Shown here: in pieces, positions 10,701-19,835 of the stretch | How positions within the stretch are numbered: the first letter of the stretch is position 1 | Layout of the letters: every line of letters starts with the position of its first letter | From: a virus | Taxonomy: Duplodnaviria > Caudoviricetes | IMG/VR virus record: IMGVR_UViG_3300002220_000288 | Span: 33,491 to 97,490 of that record | DNA: 64,000 nt | Strand: one strand, 5' to 3' | Program-made: the position numbers and the translations under genes | Notes under the pieces: generated by a model | What the model was told of the DNA's origin: nothing | Seen by the model: the letters and a program-made list of their open reading frames with translations, nothing else | The model's database searches: none

Positions 10701-13700
10701 CTGGGTTTAGGGTGATGATTTGGTTTCTATTAGCCTGTGTCCCTGTGACATTTACAGTCTGCATTAAAACGCCGTCGCCATAAATACCTACAGGAACTAT
10801 TTGGTTGTTCGTATTCACATCAAAGCTTATCTGCTCGGCATACTTTAGATAGTCATACCCAAAATCAGACCAAGGCGTAGACAATACAATTGGCTTAGGA
10901 AGATTTTCGTAATCAAACTTGTAATCAAATAACTGGAATTTCCCGCCAGACGGTACGCTGACAACATTAAGCCGGATCAGCTTGCCAATCAAATCTTTAT
11001 TTAGAGGGATTGGCTGCATTCTGTTAGTCGCTGTACCGTTAATAGTGACGGTTTGAAGAACTGTCCCGTCAGCTTCTATGTTCACGCTAACGTTTTGACT
11101 GTTAGTGTCGCAGTTAATATACAACTGATACAGTCGTTTTTCGTACTGATATCCAAGATCTGACCAGTCAGTAAAATTGACTATATCTGCCGGGTATTGA
11201 ACTACGTTGCTGAACTTATAGCCATACATCTTAAACGTAGCAGGCAGAGAAGAGGTCGTGGGAGACCCAGAACCTATAGCCCTTATCCGAATCATCTTAC
11301 AAACTGTTTCGTTGATCGGGAACGTCTTATATCCGCGAGTGCCGGATGTGTTCGGAAGTGTCAGGGTTTGGAATGCTAGCGTTTGAGTAGAACCATCTAT
11401 GCCAGATATGGTGTCTATGGCAATCTTGACGTCATCAGATGTCCCAGTCTCGAACTCTATACTAACTTCAGTCAGCTTTTTATCGTAAGGATATTGCAGA
11501 TCGTCCCAGTCAAAAGTGTGGTAGACTTCTCCCTTGTCGGCAGGTCTGAAAATCGGTCGATAGTCCCATAGCTGAAACCTTCCATTGGCCGGAACTGTTC
11601 CAACTTCAAGCCTCATGGTCCTGAATGTTAAGGCCGGATTTAGGGTGACTATCTGGTTCCGGTTGGCTTGAGTGCCTGTCACGTTAATGGTCTGCATAAG
11701 CGTTCCATCTCCGTATATACTTACAGGGACAGACTGACCGTTTGTGTTTACGTCAAATGAAATCTGCTCAGCATACTTGAGATAGTCGTATCCAAAATCG
11801 CTCCAAGGCGTAGATAAGACGATTGGCTTGGGAAGACTTTCAAAATCGAACTTGTAATCAAAGAGCTGGAATTTACCACCAGCCGGAACGCTGACCACGT
11901 TCAGTCTAATCAGTTTCCCGATCAAGTCTTTATTGATTGGGATAGGCTGCATCCTGTTTGTGGCGGTCCCATTGATAGTAACCGTTTGCAGAACTGACCC
12001 ATCTGCTTCGATATTTACGCTTACGTTTTGGCCGTTTGTGTCGCAATTAACATATAGCTGATAGAGCCGCTTCTCGTACTGGTAGCCAAGATCAGACCAG
12101 TCGGTGAAGTTCACGATGTCTGCCGGGTATTGGACTACGTTACTAAACTTATACCCGTACATCTTAAATGAAGCCGGAAGGACGGAGGTTGTAGGAGATC
12201 CAGACCCGATTGCTCGGATTCGGATCATCTTGCAAACTGTTTCGTTAATCGGGAATGTCTTGAAGCCTCTAGCTCCGCTTGTATTAGGGAGGGTTAAAGT
12301 CTGGAAAGCCAGAGTCCGAGTGTTCCCGTCCACCCCGGATAAAATATCGAGAGCAATCTTTACGTCATCCGATGCGCCCGTCTCGAATTCTATGCTAACC
12401 TCAGTTAACTTCTTGTCGTATGGGTACTGTAGATCGTCCCAGTCGAACGTGTGAAATACTTCACCCTTATCTGCTGGCCGGAAAATAGGACGATAATCCC
12501 AGAGCTGGAATCTTCCACCAGCCGGAATAACACCGACCTCTAATCGCATAGTTCGGAAGGTTAGGGCCGGGTTAAGGGTTATGATCTGATTGCGGTTGGC
12601 TTGGGTTCCGGTAACGTTTACCGTCTGCATTAGCACGCCATCCCCGTAGATACTTACCGGAACTATCTGATTATTAGTGTTCACGTCAAAGCTGATCTGC
12701 TCGGCGTACTTGAGGTAGTCGTACCCAAAGTCAGACCAAGGGGTAGACAGTACGGTTGGCTGAGGTAGTTTCTCGTAATCAAACTTAAAGTCAAATAGCT
12801 GGAATTTGCCGCCGACAGGGATACTGCCCGATACCTTTAGCCGTATCAATTTCCCGATCAAGTCTTTGTTGATAGGGATTGTCTGCATACGGTTGGTCGC
12901 GCTTCCGTTTACAGTTACCGCCTGGAGAACAGCGCCGTCTGCTTCTATATCAACGCTTACGTTCTGGCTATTAGTGTCGCAGTTGATATATAGCTGGTAT
13001 AGGCGTTTCTCGTACGGATAGCCAAGGTCGGACCAGTCGGTATTGTTTACGATATCCCTTGGATAGTCTTCCTTCTGGAACGAGTAATTGAATATCTGGT
13101 AATCAGTTGTGGCTACCTGAGGTCGAAGCCTTACCATCTTGGCTATGATGTCAGCCGTGATAGGAATGCTGCTCTTGGCTCTGCCAACCTTGGCCGGAAG
13201 GGTGATGATCTGTGCGCTGAGAGCAGTGGTTGCGCTATTAAGTCCGCCAATGGTATCCAGCAGTAAGACTAAGTTCGTGTTGTTGTTGTCGTACTCGATG
13301 GTGACATTAAACAACCGTTTATCAAACGGATGCCCAAGGTCATCCCAGTCCGTAACTCTACCCTTGATTACGTCCGAAAGAGGAATAAACGTGTAGGCAA
13401 AGTTGTGGAATGTGTTGTATGCCTTAGATAGCCCATGCAGGCTAAATAGTGCCGCACGAGCCTCTCTTCCAGCGGACGCGCTGCTGATTTGCTGAAGTGG
13501 GAACTCTGCGATTTGACGGCCAGAAGATGCGTTTGATATAGCTCCAGCATCTACCTCGATCACAGAACCAGTTCCCGTACCGCCAGCGCCCGACTTAACA
13601 AATGTCAGTCCGACCGTGCTGCCTACCGCTCCAATGGTAGTAAAGTCAGTCGTCCCAGCAAACAATATCTCGTAGGTCTTGCCGTTGTCAGCCGCCGTCA

Positions 13701-16700
13701 GAGTGCTTGCGTTTATTGGATTAGATAGGTAATCGTAGTAAACACGGTAGAAAAATGAATTCCCAGCGTCAGTCCCAGTTCCTGAAGTGAACTCAAGCCC
13801 GATGTCGGTAAAGTTCTTCTTTGTGAGGGCAGCGCCCATATCGTAAAACTTGGTTTCTACTTGATAGTAGACTGACTCGCTGTTATCCGTGTAAGTGGAC
13901 ACGTCATCGTAATCAATGAGAGCCATACTGAAAGTGGGAGTTGGCCAAGCTCCAGTCGCTATTGTCTTAGAAGCGTATAGCTTTCCGCTTGCCTTCTCTG
14001 CCGCCATTGCAGTTATTGCGGCTGGCCTCAGGTTTATCCCGTTTCGGGTTGATTCTCCGTTTGGATATTGCAATTGGGAAGGGTCGTAAACTTCGTCTAG
14101 GCTCCACCTGTCGAACAAGAGGTTATAGCGAAGAATAAAGAACCATCCATCAGAGTTGATGTAGTTGAAAAAGACTTCGTTATTCTTCTGTTGGATATTG
14201 CATAGAGGATAGTAGGTTGAGTTGTTGCGATCAAAGAAAGCTATATCGTTAACTTTCTTCCGGTTGAAGATAAAGTCAATCGCAAAAGTTACTTTCCGTA
14301 CTGATCCGCCGCCCCAAGCGTAAATACCGTCATTACTCAGGAACCATATCTCGTTATCGACGTATCCCCATGCGTGTTTGAGAACCAGTCCCCTATTTGC
14401 CGGGGTCTTAAATGGCCCAACTAGCCTTCCATTGTCCAGTCTTACGGTGTAGATTCCGTTCTGACACAAGCAGACGATCTCCCCATTAAACTCAGCGATC
14501 CCGTTAATAGGGTTATCGGGAGAAGAAATAGAAAGGACGTGGGGGTTCCCGGTGACCTCGTTTATTACAGGGAAAGATTCCGGCCTACCAGTCTTTGATG
14601 AGTAAAGGATGTGCGGATTCTTGGGGTCTCCTGCTACCCACATTCGATTAAAGGCAGAGCAGATAGTATCGCAAGCCGCGCCAGCGTTTGTATCCCAGAT
14701 TACCAGCTCGTCATTTACGTGATCGTATTGAGTATAAGTAGTGAACGATGCGGTCCCGACAGAGAGAACAATACAGGACTCTTGCTTGCCTGTTGAATTT
14801 GTTGCGCTCGTCAGGCTTGATGCACCGCCGATATTTACTACCGTTCCGGGAGTTAATATCGAGCGAAGGTTTCCGCCAGAGGGGTAAGTGATGCCAGTAA
14901 GGGTGACCGTGGATAGTCCTCCCTTCGTCAAACTCCCGACAATCCTGGCCTTGTACTCGTTCCCAATATCAGACGTAACAGGGGCATCGTTATCAAACTC
15001 AGCAATCGGAGCGCCGACAATCGAAAGGTCGTCCGCTGTATCAACGAAATTAACTACCGCCCCGTCAATATTGTCAACAATACCCACTCTCCGATAGAAT
15101 CCGTCAGCAAAAGAACCGCCAGTTCTGTAAATGCAGATCCTGTTAACTTCAGAACTAAAGCTCTGCGTATCCGTCTGATCCGCCCCTAACATGCTGACAT
15201 TGATGCCTTGGCGAATCAAATTCAGCCCGTTCTCGGGAATCATCTCGATAGACGGGTTGCTCTCCGCCCCGGTAACACCGTTCTTGTATGTGTAAACGTA
15301 TCGGTACGGAGTTAGCTTAGCCCCATAGTTAGAGTTGACGCCCTTTCCGCCGTAAGCGAAGATGCTTCCCAGCTTAAAAGAGATAACGTCTGTCGTTGTA
15401 ATTGGTCGGACAATTACTTCAACAGAAGTTATATTCTTCCACCCCAGTCCGCCAGATCCGTCGTCAACAGTCCCTGCTCCTCCAGCCGCTAAAAATGACC
15501 TCTTTGAAATCTCAACTTGACTCCATGCTCCGGTTCCTGCTTTAGATGGGGTCAGATAGGCTGGGTTTAACCCGGCTTGAGTGGTGTCGTAGTTGATCTT
15601 CTCGCCGGTCGGAATAGTGTAGTTATTGGTGTCGAGATATACGCCAGTGTTGTATTCGTTAGGAGCTGACTCCGGCCCGTATGGATCAATCGTAGAGTTA
15701 GAGGTTGCCGCATTTTGAAGCCTTTGAACCTCCCCAGGAGAGATAGCCTTCTCATAATAAGCACTCGTAGAGCCGCCAGTATAGAGTCTCAGTCGTATGT
15801 CGTAGATATTTTCAGGAGTGGAAGTGAAAAACGAAAACGAAACAGTGTCATCACTGACGTATCCCTCGACATCGTTTTGGCCACTGAAAGACAGGTCTGC
15901 CGTCAAAGTAGCAGAGGTTATGGAATAAGCCTGCCCTGCCGTGGTTGTTATGGCTGTGCTTTCATAGGCTGTTACCGCGCCACTAGGGGCCGTAGCAAAA
16001 AACGCATAGATAGCACCAGCGGAGTCAACTTTCTCAATAATCGAAGACTGTGAGCCGCACACGATATACATCCCAGGGAGCCAAGCTGCTGATGTAGAAG
16101 TGAAAGTTATTTTATAGAAGCTAGAACCTGTCGGTTGTTCCGTGGCTGTGCTAATCGTGCCGGATACCCTGGTAGAACTAATAGCGATAGATCCAGATGT
16201 CCCAGAGGCGATAATCGGAACTATCGTTACCGTGCTAGGAGTGATTGTCGCTGGCTTAGCTGGCGGCAATATCCCCCAATACTTAGCCGTAGAAGAACTG
16301 TTGTTATTGCGGAGCATGCCACGGGTGTAATCCCCGCCTGGATAGTCATTGTACCCGGTGGCAAAATAAGTCATACCAGTTGATTCGGTCTGGTCTGTCT
16401 TATAGGTAGCTATCCCTACTCTCTTGTTAGAGGTGGAGACGCTGGTTGCCAGCGAAGAGTAGTTGCCAGATGTCCCTATCTTCCGATAGAGGTTGGTGCC
16501 TTCGGAAAGAAAGAAGGTCGGCGTGGAGGTAGCGCCAATCTGTGTGACATGAAGAGAGGCTGCATAAGCAGGAGTCCCGCTAGGCCAAGATCCAGTCAGA
16601 TTAGTATGTCCGTAACGAGGGGAGAGAGACCCTTCCTGTTCGGATACAGTATTCAAAAGAAGTGAATACTGACCATCTTGCAGTTGGTTAATGTCTATCT

Positions 16701-16755
16701 TTTGAACGACTCCTTTATTTGAAAAAGGAAATCGCTGTGTTACGTTTTGAGCCAT
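7717..16755 (-). CDS. Giant tail nozzle/stabilisation-like protein (3012 aa) with tandem 311-aa repeats
   Basis: N-terminal LQDGQYSLLLN..EGSLSPRYG, FNRMWVAG..LYSS propeller region and ETKFYDMG...K domain, as in P22 gp10/T7 gp12-like proteins; repetitive C-terminal portion. Confidence 0.7.
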   Translation of the reverse strand: MAQNVTQRFPFSNKGVVQKIDINQLQDGQYSLLLNTVSEQEGSLSPRYGHTNLTGSWPSGTPAYAASLHVTQIGATSTPTFFLSEGTNLYRKIGTSGNYSSLATSVSTSNKRVGIATYKTDQTESTGMTYFATGYNDYPGGDYTRGMLRNNNSSSTAKYWGILPPAKPATITPSTVTIVPIIASGTSGSIAISSTRVSGTISTATEQPTGSSFYKITFTSTSAAWLPGMYIVCGSQSSIIEKVDSAGAIYAFFATAPSGAVTAYESTAITTTAGQAYSITSATLTADLSFSGQNDVEGYVSDDTVSFSFFTSTPENIYDIRLRLYTGGSTSAYYEKAISPGEVQRLQNAATSNSTIDPYGPESAPNEYNTGVYLDTNNYTIPTGEKINYDTTQAGLNPAYLTPSKAGTGAWSQVEISKRSFLAAGGAGTVDDGSGGLGWKNITSVEVIVRPITTTDVISFKLGSIFAYGGKGVNSNYGAKLTPYRYVYTYKNGVTGAESNPSIEMIPENGLNLIRQGINVSMLGADQTDTQSFSSEVNRICIYRTGGSFADGFYRRVGIVDNIDGAVVNFVDTADDLSIVGAPIAEFDNDAPVTSDIGNEYKARIVGSLTKGGLSTVTLTGITYPSGGNLRSILTPGTVVNIGGASSLTSATNSTGKQESCIVLSVGTASFTTYTQYDHVNDELVIWDTNAGAACDTICSAFNRMWVAGDPKNPHILYSSKTGRPESFPVINEVTGNPHVLSISSPDNPINGIAEFNGEIVCLCQNGIYTVRLDNGRLVGPFKTPANRGLVLKHAWGYVDNEIWFLSNDGIYAWGGGSVRKVTFAIDFIFNRKKVNDIAFFDRNNSTYYPLCNIQQKNNEVFFNYINSDGWFFILRYNLLFDRWSLDEVYDPSQLQYPNGESTRNGINLRPAAITAMAAEKASGKLYASKTIATGAWPTPTFSMALIDYDDVSTYTDNSESVYYQVETKFYDMGAALTKKNFTDIGLEFTSGTGTDAGNSFFYRVYYDYLSNPINASTLTAADNGKTYEILFAGTTDFTTIGAVGSTVGLTFVKSGAGGTGTGSVIEVDAGAISNASSGRQIAEFPLQQISSASAGREARAALFSLHGLSKAYNTFHNFAYTFIPLSDVIKGRVTDWDDLGHPFDKRLFNVTIEYDNNNTNLVLLLDTIGGLNSATTALSAQIITLPAKVGRAKSSIPITADIIAKMVRLRPQVATTDYQIFNYSFQKEDYPRDIVNNTDWSDLGYPYEKRLYQLYINCDTNSQNVSVDIEADGAVLQAVTVNGSATNRMQTIPINKDLIGKLIRLKVSGSIPVGGKFQLFDFKFDYEKLPQPTVLSTPWSDFGYDYLKYAEQISFDVNTNNQIVPVSIYGDGVLMQTVNVTGTQANRNQIITLNPALTFRTMRLEVGVIPAGGRFQLWDYRPIFRPADKGEVFHTFDWDDLQYPYDKKLTEVSIEFETGASDDVKIALDILSGVDGNTRTLAFQTLTLPNTSGARGFKTFPINETVCKMIRIRAIGSGSPTTSVLPASFKMYGYKFSNVVQYPADIVNFTDWSDLGYQYEKRLYQLYVNCDTNGQNVSVNIEADGSVLQTVTINGTATNRMQPIPINKDLIGKLIRLNVVSVPAGGKFQLFDYKFDFESLPKPIVLSTPWSDFGYDYLKYAEQISFDVNTNGQSVPVSIYGDGTLMQTINVTGTQANRNQIVTLNPALTFRTMRLEVGTVPANGRFQLWDYRPIFRPADKGEVYHTFDWDDLQYPYDKKLTEVSIEFETGTSDDVKIAIDTISGIDGSTQTLAFQTLTLPNTSGTRGYKTFPINETVCKMIRIRAIGSGSPTTSSLPATFKMYGYKFSNVVQYPADIVNFTDWSDLGYQYEKRLYQLYINCDTNSQNVSVNIEADGTVLQTVTINGTATNRMQPIPLNKDLIGKLIRLNVVSVPSGGKFQLFDYKFDYENLPKPIVLSTPWSDFGYDYLKYAEQISFDVNTNNQIVPVGIYGDGVLMQTVNVTGTQANRNQIITLNPALTFRTMRLEVGTVPAGGRFQLWDYRPIFRPADKGEVYHTFDWDDLQYPYDKKLTEISIEFETGASDDVKIAIDTISGVDGATQTLAFQTLTLPNTSGVRGFKTFPINETVCKMVRIRAIGSGSPTTSVLPASFKMYGYKISNVVQYPADIVNFTDWSDLGYQYEKRIYQLYVNCDTNGQNVSVNIEGDGSVLQTVTINGTATNRMQPIPINKDIISKLIRLNVVSVPAGGKFQLFDYKFDYESLPKPIVLSTPWNDFGYDYLKYAEQISFDVNTNNQSVPVSIYGDGVLMQTVNVTGTQANRNQIITLNPALTFRTMRLEVGTVPANGRFQLWDYRPIFRPADKGEVFHTFDWDDLQYPYDKKLTEVTIEFETGAADDVKIALDTLSGINGTTQTLAFQTLTLPNTSGIRGFKTFAIPETVCKMIRIRAIGSGSPTTSVLPASFKMYGYKFSNVIQYPADIVNFTDWSDLGYEYEKRFYQLYVNCDTNGQNVTVNVEGDGAVLQTVTINGTANNRMQPIPLKKDLIAKLVRLNVTSIPANGKFQLFDQKFEFENLPKPIVLSTPWTDFGYDYMKYAEQITFDINTNGYQIPVDVYCDGVWKQRVVVEGTQQDRNFNCTLNPAITFQTMRLQVNPDQIPSGGRFQLWEYKPVFRPADKGPVYHTFDWDNLDHPYDKKISEITIEFETNGKDVVVALDTITGINGNTENLAVQTFTLNSTGRGYKTFPVNETICKMVRIRALSTGGRSNRLDPDFKMWGYRFGNTVPYPPDIQKFSEWTDLEYPCDKIFRGVGLSIDTGGVNCTVTLEVDGVAKQTFTVNTTSESRQVFLTAQNNTEIIGKMYRLTFDPGAGGKAQVFGAPNFNTVKDSCPFVFLDSYEQGLGSAGYTVLKQFWADYKCDGDIIVKFYNEDNVLFYSKTLPPHAAREVQRFYLPVKNGSVINKSKKHRIIIEAVDPSKPFKWYRDTSRLEYINLSADQRQGYYQFIPWTNMQLAV
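8400..13360 (-). repeat. Intragenic tandem repeat, period 933 nt (311 aa), ~5.3 copies
   Basis: DWDDL/DWDNL-encoding motif starts at 8699, 9638, 10571, 11504, 12437 and 13343 (spacings 939, 933, 933, 933, 906). Confidence 0.9.
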
Positions 16756-16756
16756 A

Positions 16757-17011
16757 TTAGGTCATCCGTGCTTTCAGCTTACTGGAAGTAGTATTGTAGT
16801 AAATCTCACCTACCGCAATACCAGCGGTTCCGGCTGCCGCATCATTAGCCGCCTGCGTGAATACAGAATAAAGAACTGCGTCGATTGGATTAAGAGCTAT
16901 CGTTCCGAGTCCTAATACTGTCTGGTTAGATGTAGACGCATTGGGGCTGGTGGTTAATTGCAAGTCTTCTTTGAATAGCTTGCGAGGAGTTACGGTGACC
17001 GAAGAAGGCAT
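16757..17011 (-). CDS. Small virion protein
   Basis: ANDAAAGTAGIAVGEIYY motif seen in phage fibre/decoration proteins; tightly packed. Confidence 0.55.
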   Translation of the reverse strand: MPSSVTVTPRKLFKEDLQLTTSPNASTSNQTVLGLGTIALNPIDAVLYSVFTQAANDAAAGTAGIAVGEIYYNTTSSKLKARMT

Positions 17012-17826
17012 TATGCGACCTCTAGTAGAATTTCTTGCGCGACAGCGCGGAGTAATCGAACGGCCTCTTGAGACCGATTAAGGTAGTATTTTTGGAGGGT
17101 CGTGTTCTTGACTTCGCCATCCATGCCAAAAATACGAGATAAAATCATGAACTTCACGTATGGCTTTAGGCTGTCTTGTATGTCGGGAATGTAATCATCG
17201 AGGCTGGTTATTTCCTTCTGGAAAGTGTAAGTCGTTATTTCCGTAAGGTTAGTCGCGCTGCATGTCATACCGGAAACAGTGCCAAAGAAAGGGTACGTAG
17301 CTTCCAGATAAACATCGCCAGTATAAGCAGATGCAATCGTCCCGTACAGCGGTGCTGTTGTCGTGATGTTAAAGTCAACCACTCCGCTAGTCGATGAGAT
17401 ATTTCCATATAAGCCAGCGGCGCAAGTGACTGTATTCCCGGACCATGAAGGAGCTGGCCTGATCTCGATCTGGTCTTCCTGTACTTGATCGTTCCTCCAC
17501 TCGGAAGGAATTCCATTGGGCTGCAACTGCCAGCGATAATCTGAGTTATCCCAGTAGTTTCCAGAGCTGCGGTACAGGTTTTCTTCGTCTGCGTATATAT
17601 TCGTCGGCTGGTTTACAAAGTAATCTTCATTGTAAACTCTTGTGCCAGCGACTATAGGGAGGTGGCAAATCTTCTTATAGCAATCAGAGACTTGAAGAAA
17701 ATCCCTCAAACAGTCATTCAAGATATCAAGGAAGTCGTCTTTAGATACAGTATCGCCTGTTAGCGCGCTAGGCTCTAGTAAAACGTCGCATACTTCCTGA
17801 TATAGCTTCCTGACACTTATAGCCAT
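17011..17826 (-). CDS. Head-tail adaptor/ring-like protein
   Basis: N-terminal helix ..LDILNDCLRDF and IEIRPAP motif like gp4/gp11-type adaptors. Confidence 0.55.
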   Translation of the reverse strand: MAISVRKLYQEVCDVLLEPSALTGDTVSKDDFLDILNDCLRDFLQVSDCYKKICHLPIVAGTRVYNEDYFVNQPTNIYADEENLYRSSGNYWDNSDYRWQLQPNGIPSEWRNDQVQEDQIEIRPAPSWSGNTVTCAAGLYGNISSTSGVVDFNITTTAPLYGTIASAYTGDVYLEATYPFFGTVSGMTCSATNLTEITTYTFQKEITSLDDYIPDIQDSLKPYVKFMILSRIFGMDGEVKNTTLQKYYLNRSQEAVRLLRAVAQEILLEVA

Positions 17827-17833
17827 TACCTTT

Positions 17834-17863
17834 ATTCTAGTCGTGGCGTTAAATCAATATCAA
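17834..17863 (-). promoter_or_regulatory. Promoter TTGATA-N18-TAGAAT, 7 nt before ATG (leaderless)
   Basis: tatcaa 17858-17863, attcta 17834-17839, ATG at 17826. Confidence 0.6.
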
Positions 17864-17871
17864 TGAAAAGG

Positions 17872-18564
17872 TTAGAACGGCTGTATGCGGATCATGCCAG
17901 CCAGCCGAAGAAGTATGATTTTAATCAGCTTCGCCTTTTCCCTCAGTGGACGAGTTGCGATATCGGTAGTCTTGGCTATCTCCGCCGTACTTCCAGTGAT
18001 TTCTTTCACGTTATTAGCTATCGCATATAGATCAGGGTTGCTTACCTGCTTGTCTATATCGACAATGACGCTATCTATGTGTTCTAGGGTCTGAAATACT
18101 CTGGGTGATCCATCACGGATTTGAACTTCCAATCCTTCAGTAAGTCTATCTAGCTTCCTGATAAGTTCTGCTGACGCCAGCAAAGCCTCCGACCCGCTTG
18201 CCGATAGATCGCTGATATCTTCTTTTAGGGAAACAGTTAGCGCCCTCAACTCCCGAACTGTCAGTGGCAACTCTGGCATTACCTCGGTCCTAATCTGCCT
18301 AGTAATCTCTGATATATCTCTCAAGATAACGGCAGTTGTTTCTACATTCGCCTTGGTTGTCCAGTAATTATCCTCCATCACGTCGTCTGCGTGCTTTAAG
18401 AGTTTCCTTACTTGTTCGTCTCTTGCCTCCAGCCTATCTACTAGTTGAGATATGCGAGGCTCCATCAACTTCGGCATGTAGATGGCCTGATAGGAGAGGC
18501 AAGAGAATAGTACTGCCGCCGAAAGGTACATAAACAGCCTAGTTATTTTGATAGCACGGTTCAC
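17872..18564 (-). CDS. Membrane-anchored coiled-coil protein (spanin-like or MCE-tail-like)
   Basis: N-terminal TM helix followed by a long heptad-rich helical region. Confidence 0.5.
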   Translation of the reverse strand: MNRAIKITRLFMYLSAAVLFSCLSYQAIYMPKLMEPRISQLVDRLEARDEQVRKLLKHADDVMEDNYWTTKANVETTAVILRDISEITRQIRTEVMPELPLTVRELRALTVSLKEDISDLSASGSEALLASAELIRKLDRLTEGLEVQIRDGSPRVFQTLEHIDSVIVDIDKQVSNPDLYAIANNVKEITGSTAEIAKTTDIATRPLREKAKLIKIILLRLAGMIRIQPF

Positions 18565-18926
18565 TTTGTCTTTTCGAGTAGGTAAGCAAGCTGAGTAGCT
18601 GTTCGGGCTACGGTCGTAGACGCTTCCGGGAACCGTAGTTCAACTAGGTCCGTGGCAATGCCGAGGGCGTACAGCTTGTTTAACTCCTTATCGACGGGCG
18701 AACCATCAAAAAGCCGTGGGTACTTTGACTTAATAAGAGCCCAAGCCGCGTCATCTACCGTGCCCGGAATAGCGCCAACGACGATATCTCCAGCGATCTT
18801 CACGAAAGGTCCGACCCTGGGGATTAGTTCTTCTACCTGTGTGAGGCTGTTGAAAAGCTTCTTATTGTCCCAGAACTTACTTAGTAGTCCAGAGAAGAAA
18901 TTGCGAACGCGAGCTAAATCAAACAT
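18561..18926 (-). CDS. Hypothetical protein
   Basis: 121-aa ORF, AAGGA RBS, coupled to the next gene. Confidence 0.6.
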   Translation of the reverse strand: MFDLARVRNFFSGLLSKFWDNKKLFNSLTQVEELIPRVGPFVKIAGDIVVGAIPGTVDDAAWALIKSKYPRLFDGSPVDKELNKLYALGIATDLVELRFPEASTTVARTATQLAYLLEKTK

Positions 18927-18935
18927 CTTTATTCC

Positions 18936-19592
18936 TTATTTACTTGGTGATTGTTCGTCGTAGTACAGGTTCGGCTGTCTGTAGCTGAGCCAGTACTTAT
19001 TCAGTTTCATTAGGGATTCGAAATTCCTATACATTCCAAGGGATTGCATAAATGGCATCCCTTGCATTTTGCATTGTACCGCATGGGCGGCGTAATCTAC
19101 AACTGCGGTTAAGCCTTCTTTCGGGATATAAGCAACGTCGGAATCGTTTACGAGGATATCCGGGTTGGTTATCCCTGTAACCTGGAGTGTAGCGCCGCCC
19201 AGCGAATCTGCTGGATGAATAGCGAACTTAGTGATTCCAATCGGAATCCAGCGAGAGGTTGGTGTTCCGGTATTATCGGAAGTCTCCTTCATCCAAGCAG
19301 GCCATTCGTTACTAGTCTGAGCCAATGGGGACTTCTCTAAAACCTTTCCTGCCCACACAACTCTTTGAGGGAATAAGATTTGCTCTGGGATATCGTAGAT
19401 AACTCTCCCGGCGACAGTGGTTCCTCCGCCTGGAACAGAGAAGGTTTTCTGATACCATCCGCACATCATGTTTAACGTGCGGAGTCCGTCGTTAATAGCG
19501 TCTGTTACCTCTTGCCCTGAATACATCAATGTATTGCTCTCTAGGCGAGAGTACACTTGGTCCTTCAGGTCGGCAAGAGTTAGTCGAGACAT
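18936..19592 (-). CDS. Head-tail adaptor/ring-like protein
   Basis: MSRLTLADLKDQVYSRL...TDAINDG pattern, FAIHPA motif. Confidence 0.6.
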   Translation of the reverse strand: MSRLTLADLKDQVYSRLESNTLMYSGQEVTDAINDGLRTLNMMCGWYQKTFSVPGGGTTVAGRVIYDIPEQILFPQRVVWAGKVLEKSPLAQTSNEWPAWMKETSDNTGTPTSRWIPIGITKFAIHPADSLGGATLQVTGITNPDILVNDSDVAYIPKEGLTAVVDYAAHAVQCKMQGMPFMQSLGMYRNFESLMKLNKYWLSYRQPNLYYDEQSPSK

Positions 19593-19597
19593 CTATC

Positions 19598-19825
19598 TTA
19601 CTTACTGCCCTTGATCCTGCTGTCGGCAACAATAAGTCCAGCGCCGTTACAAGGCTCTGGATATCCGTAATTGTCAACCGCCTTCTTGCTGAAGTCGAAA
19701 TTGGAATACCCGTTCATTACGTGATTTCCGCGAACCCAAGGGTCAGGGCTAGTGACAGGGTTGTAGGCGTCCACCTCAATAGCGGTCGATACAGGGTGTC
19801 GGTACTTTTCGTATTGGCGATCCAT
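19598..19825 (-). CDS. Hypothetical protein
   Basis: 75-aa ORF with AAAGGA RBS in the structural operon. Confidence 0.55.
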   Translation of the reverse strand: MDRQYEKYRHPVSTAIEVDAYNPVTSPDPWVRGNHVMNGYSNFDFSKKAVDNYGYPEPCNGAGLIVADSRIKGSK

Positions 19826-19835
19826 GTTTAATCCT

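Noticed and set aside
8065-16383. Many plus-strand ORFs antisense to the 3012-aa gene (and similar shadow ORFs elsewhere)
   Set aside because: They lack RBSs and recognisable motifs, and are explained by codon bias on the coding strand.
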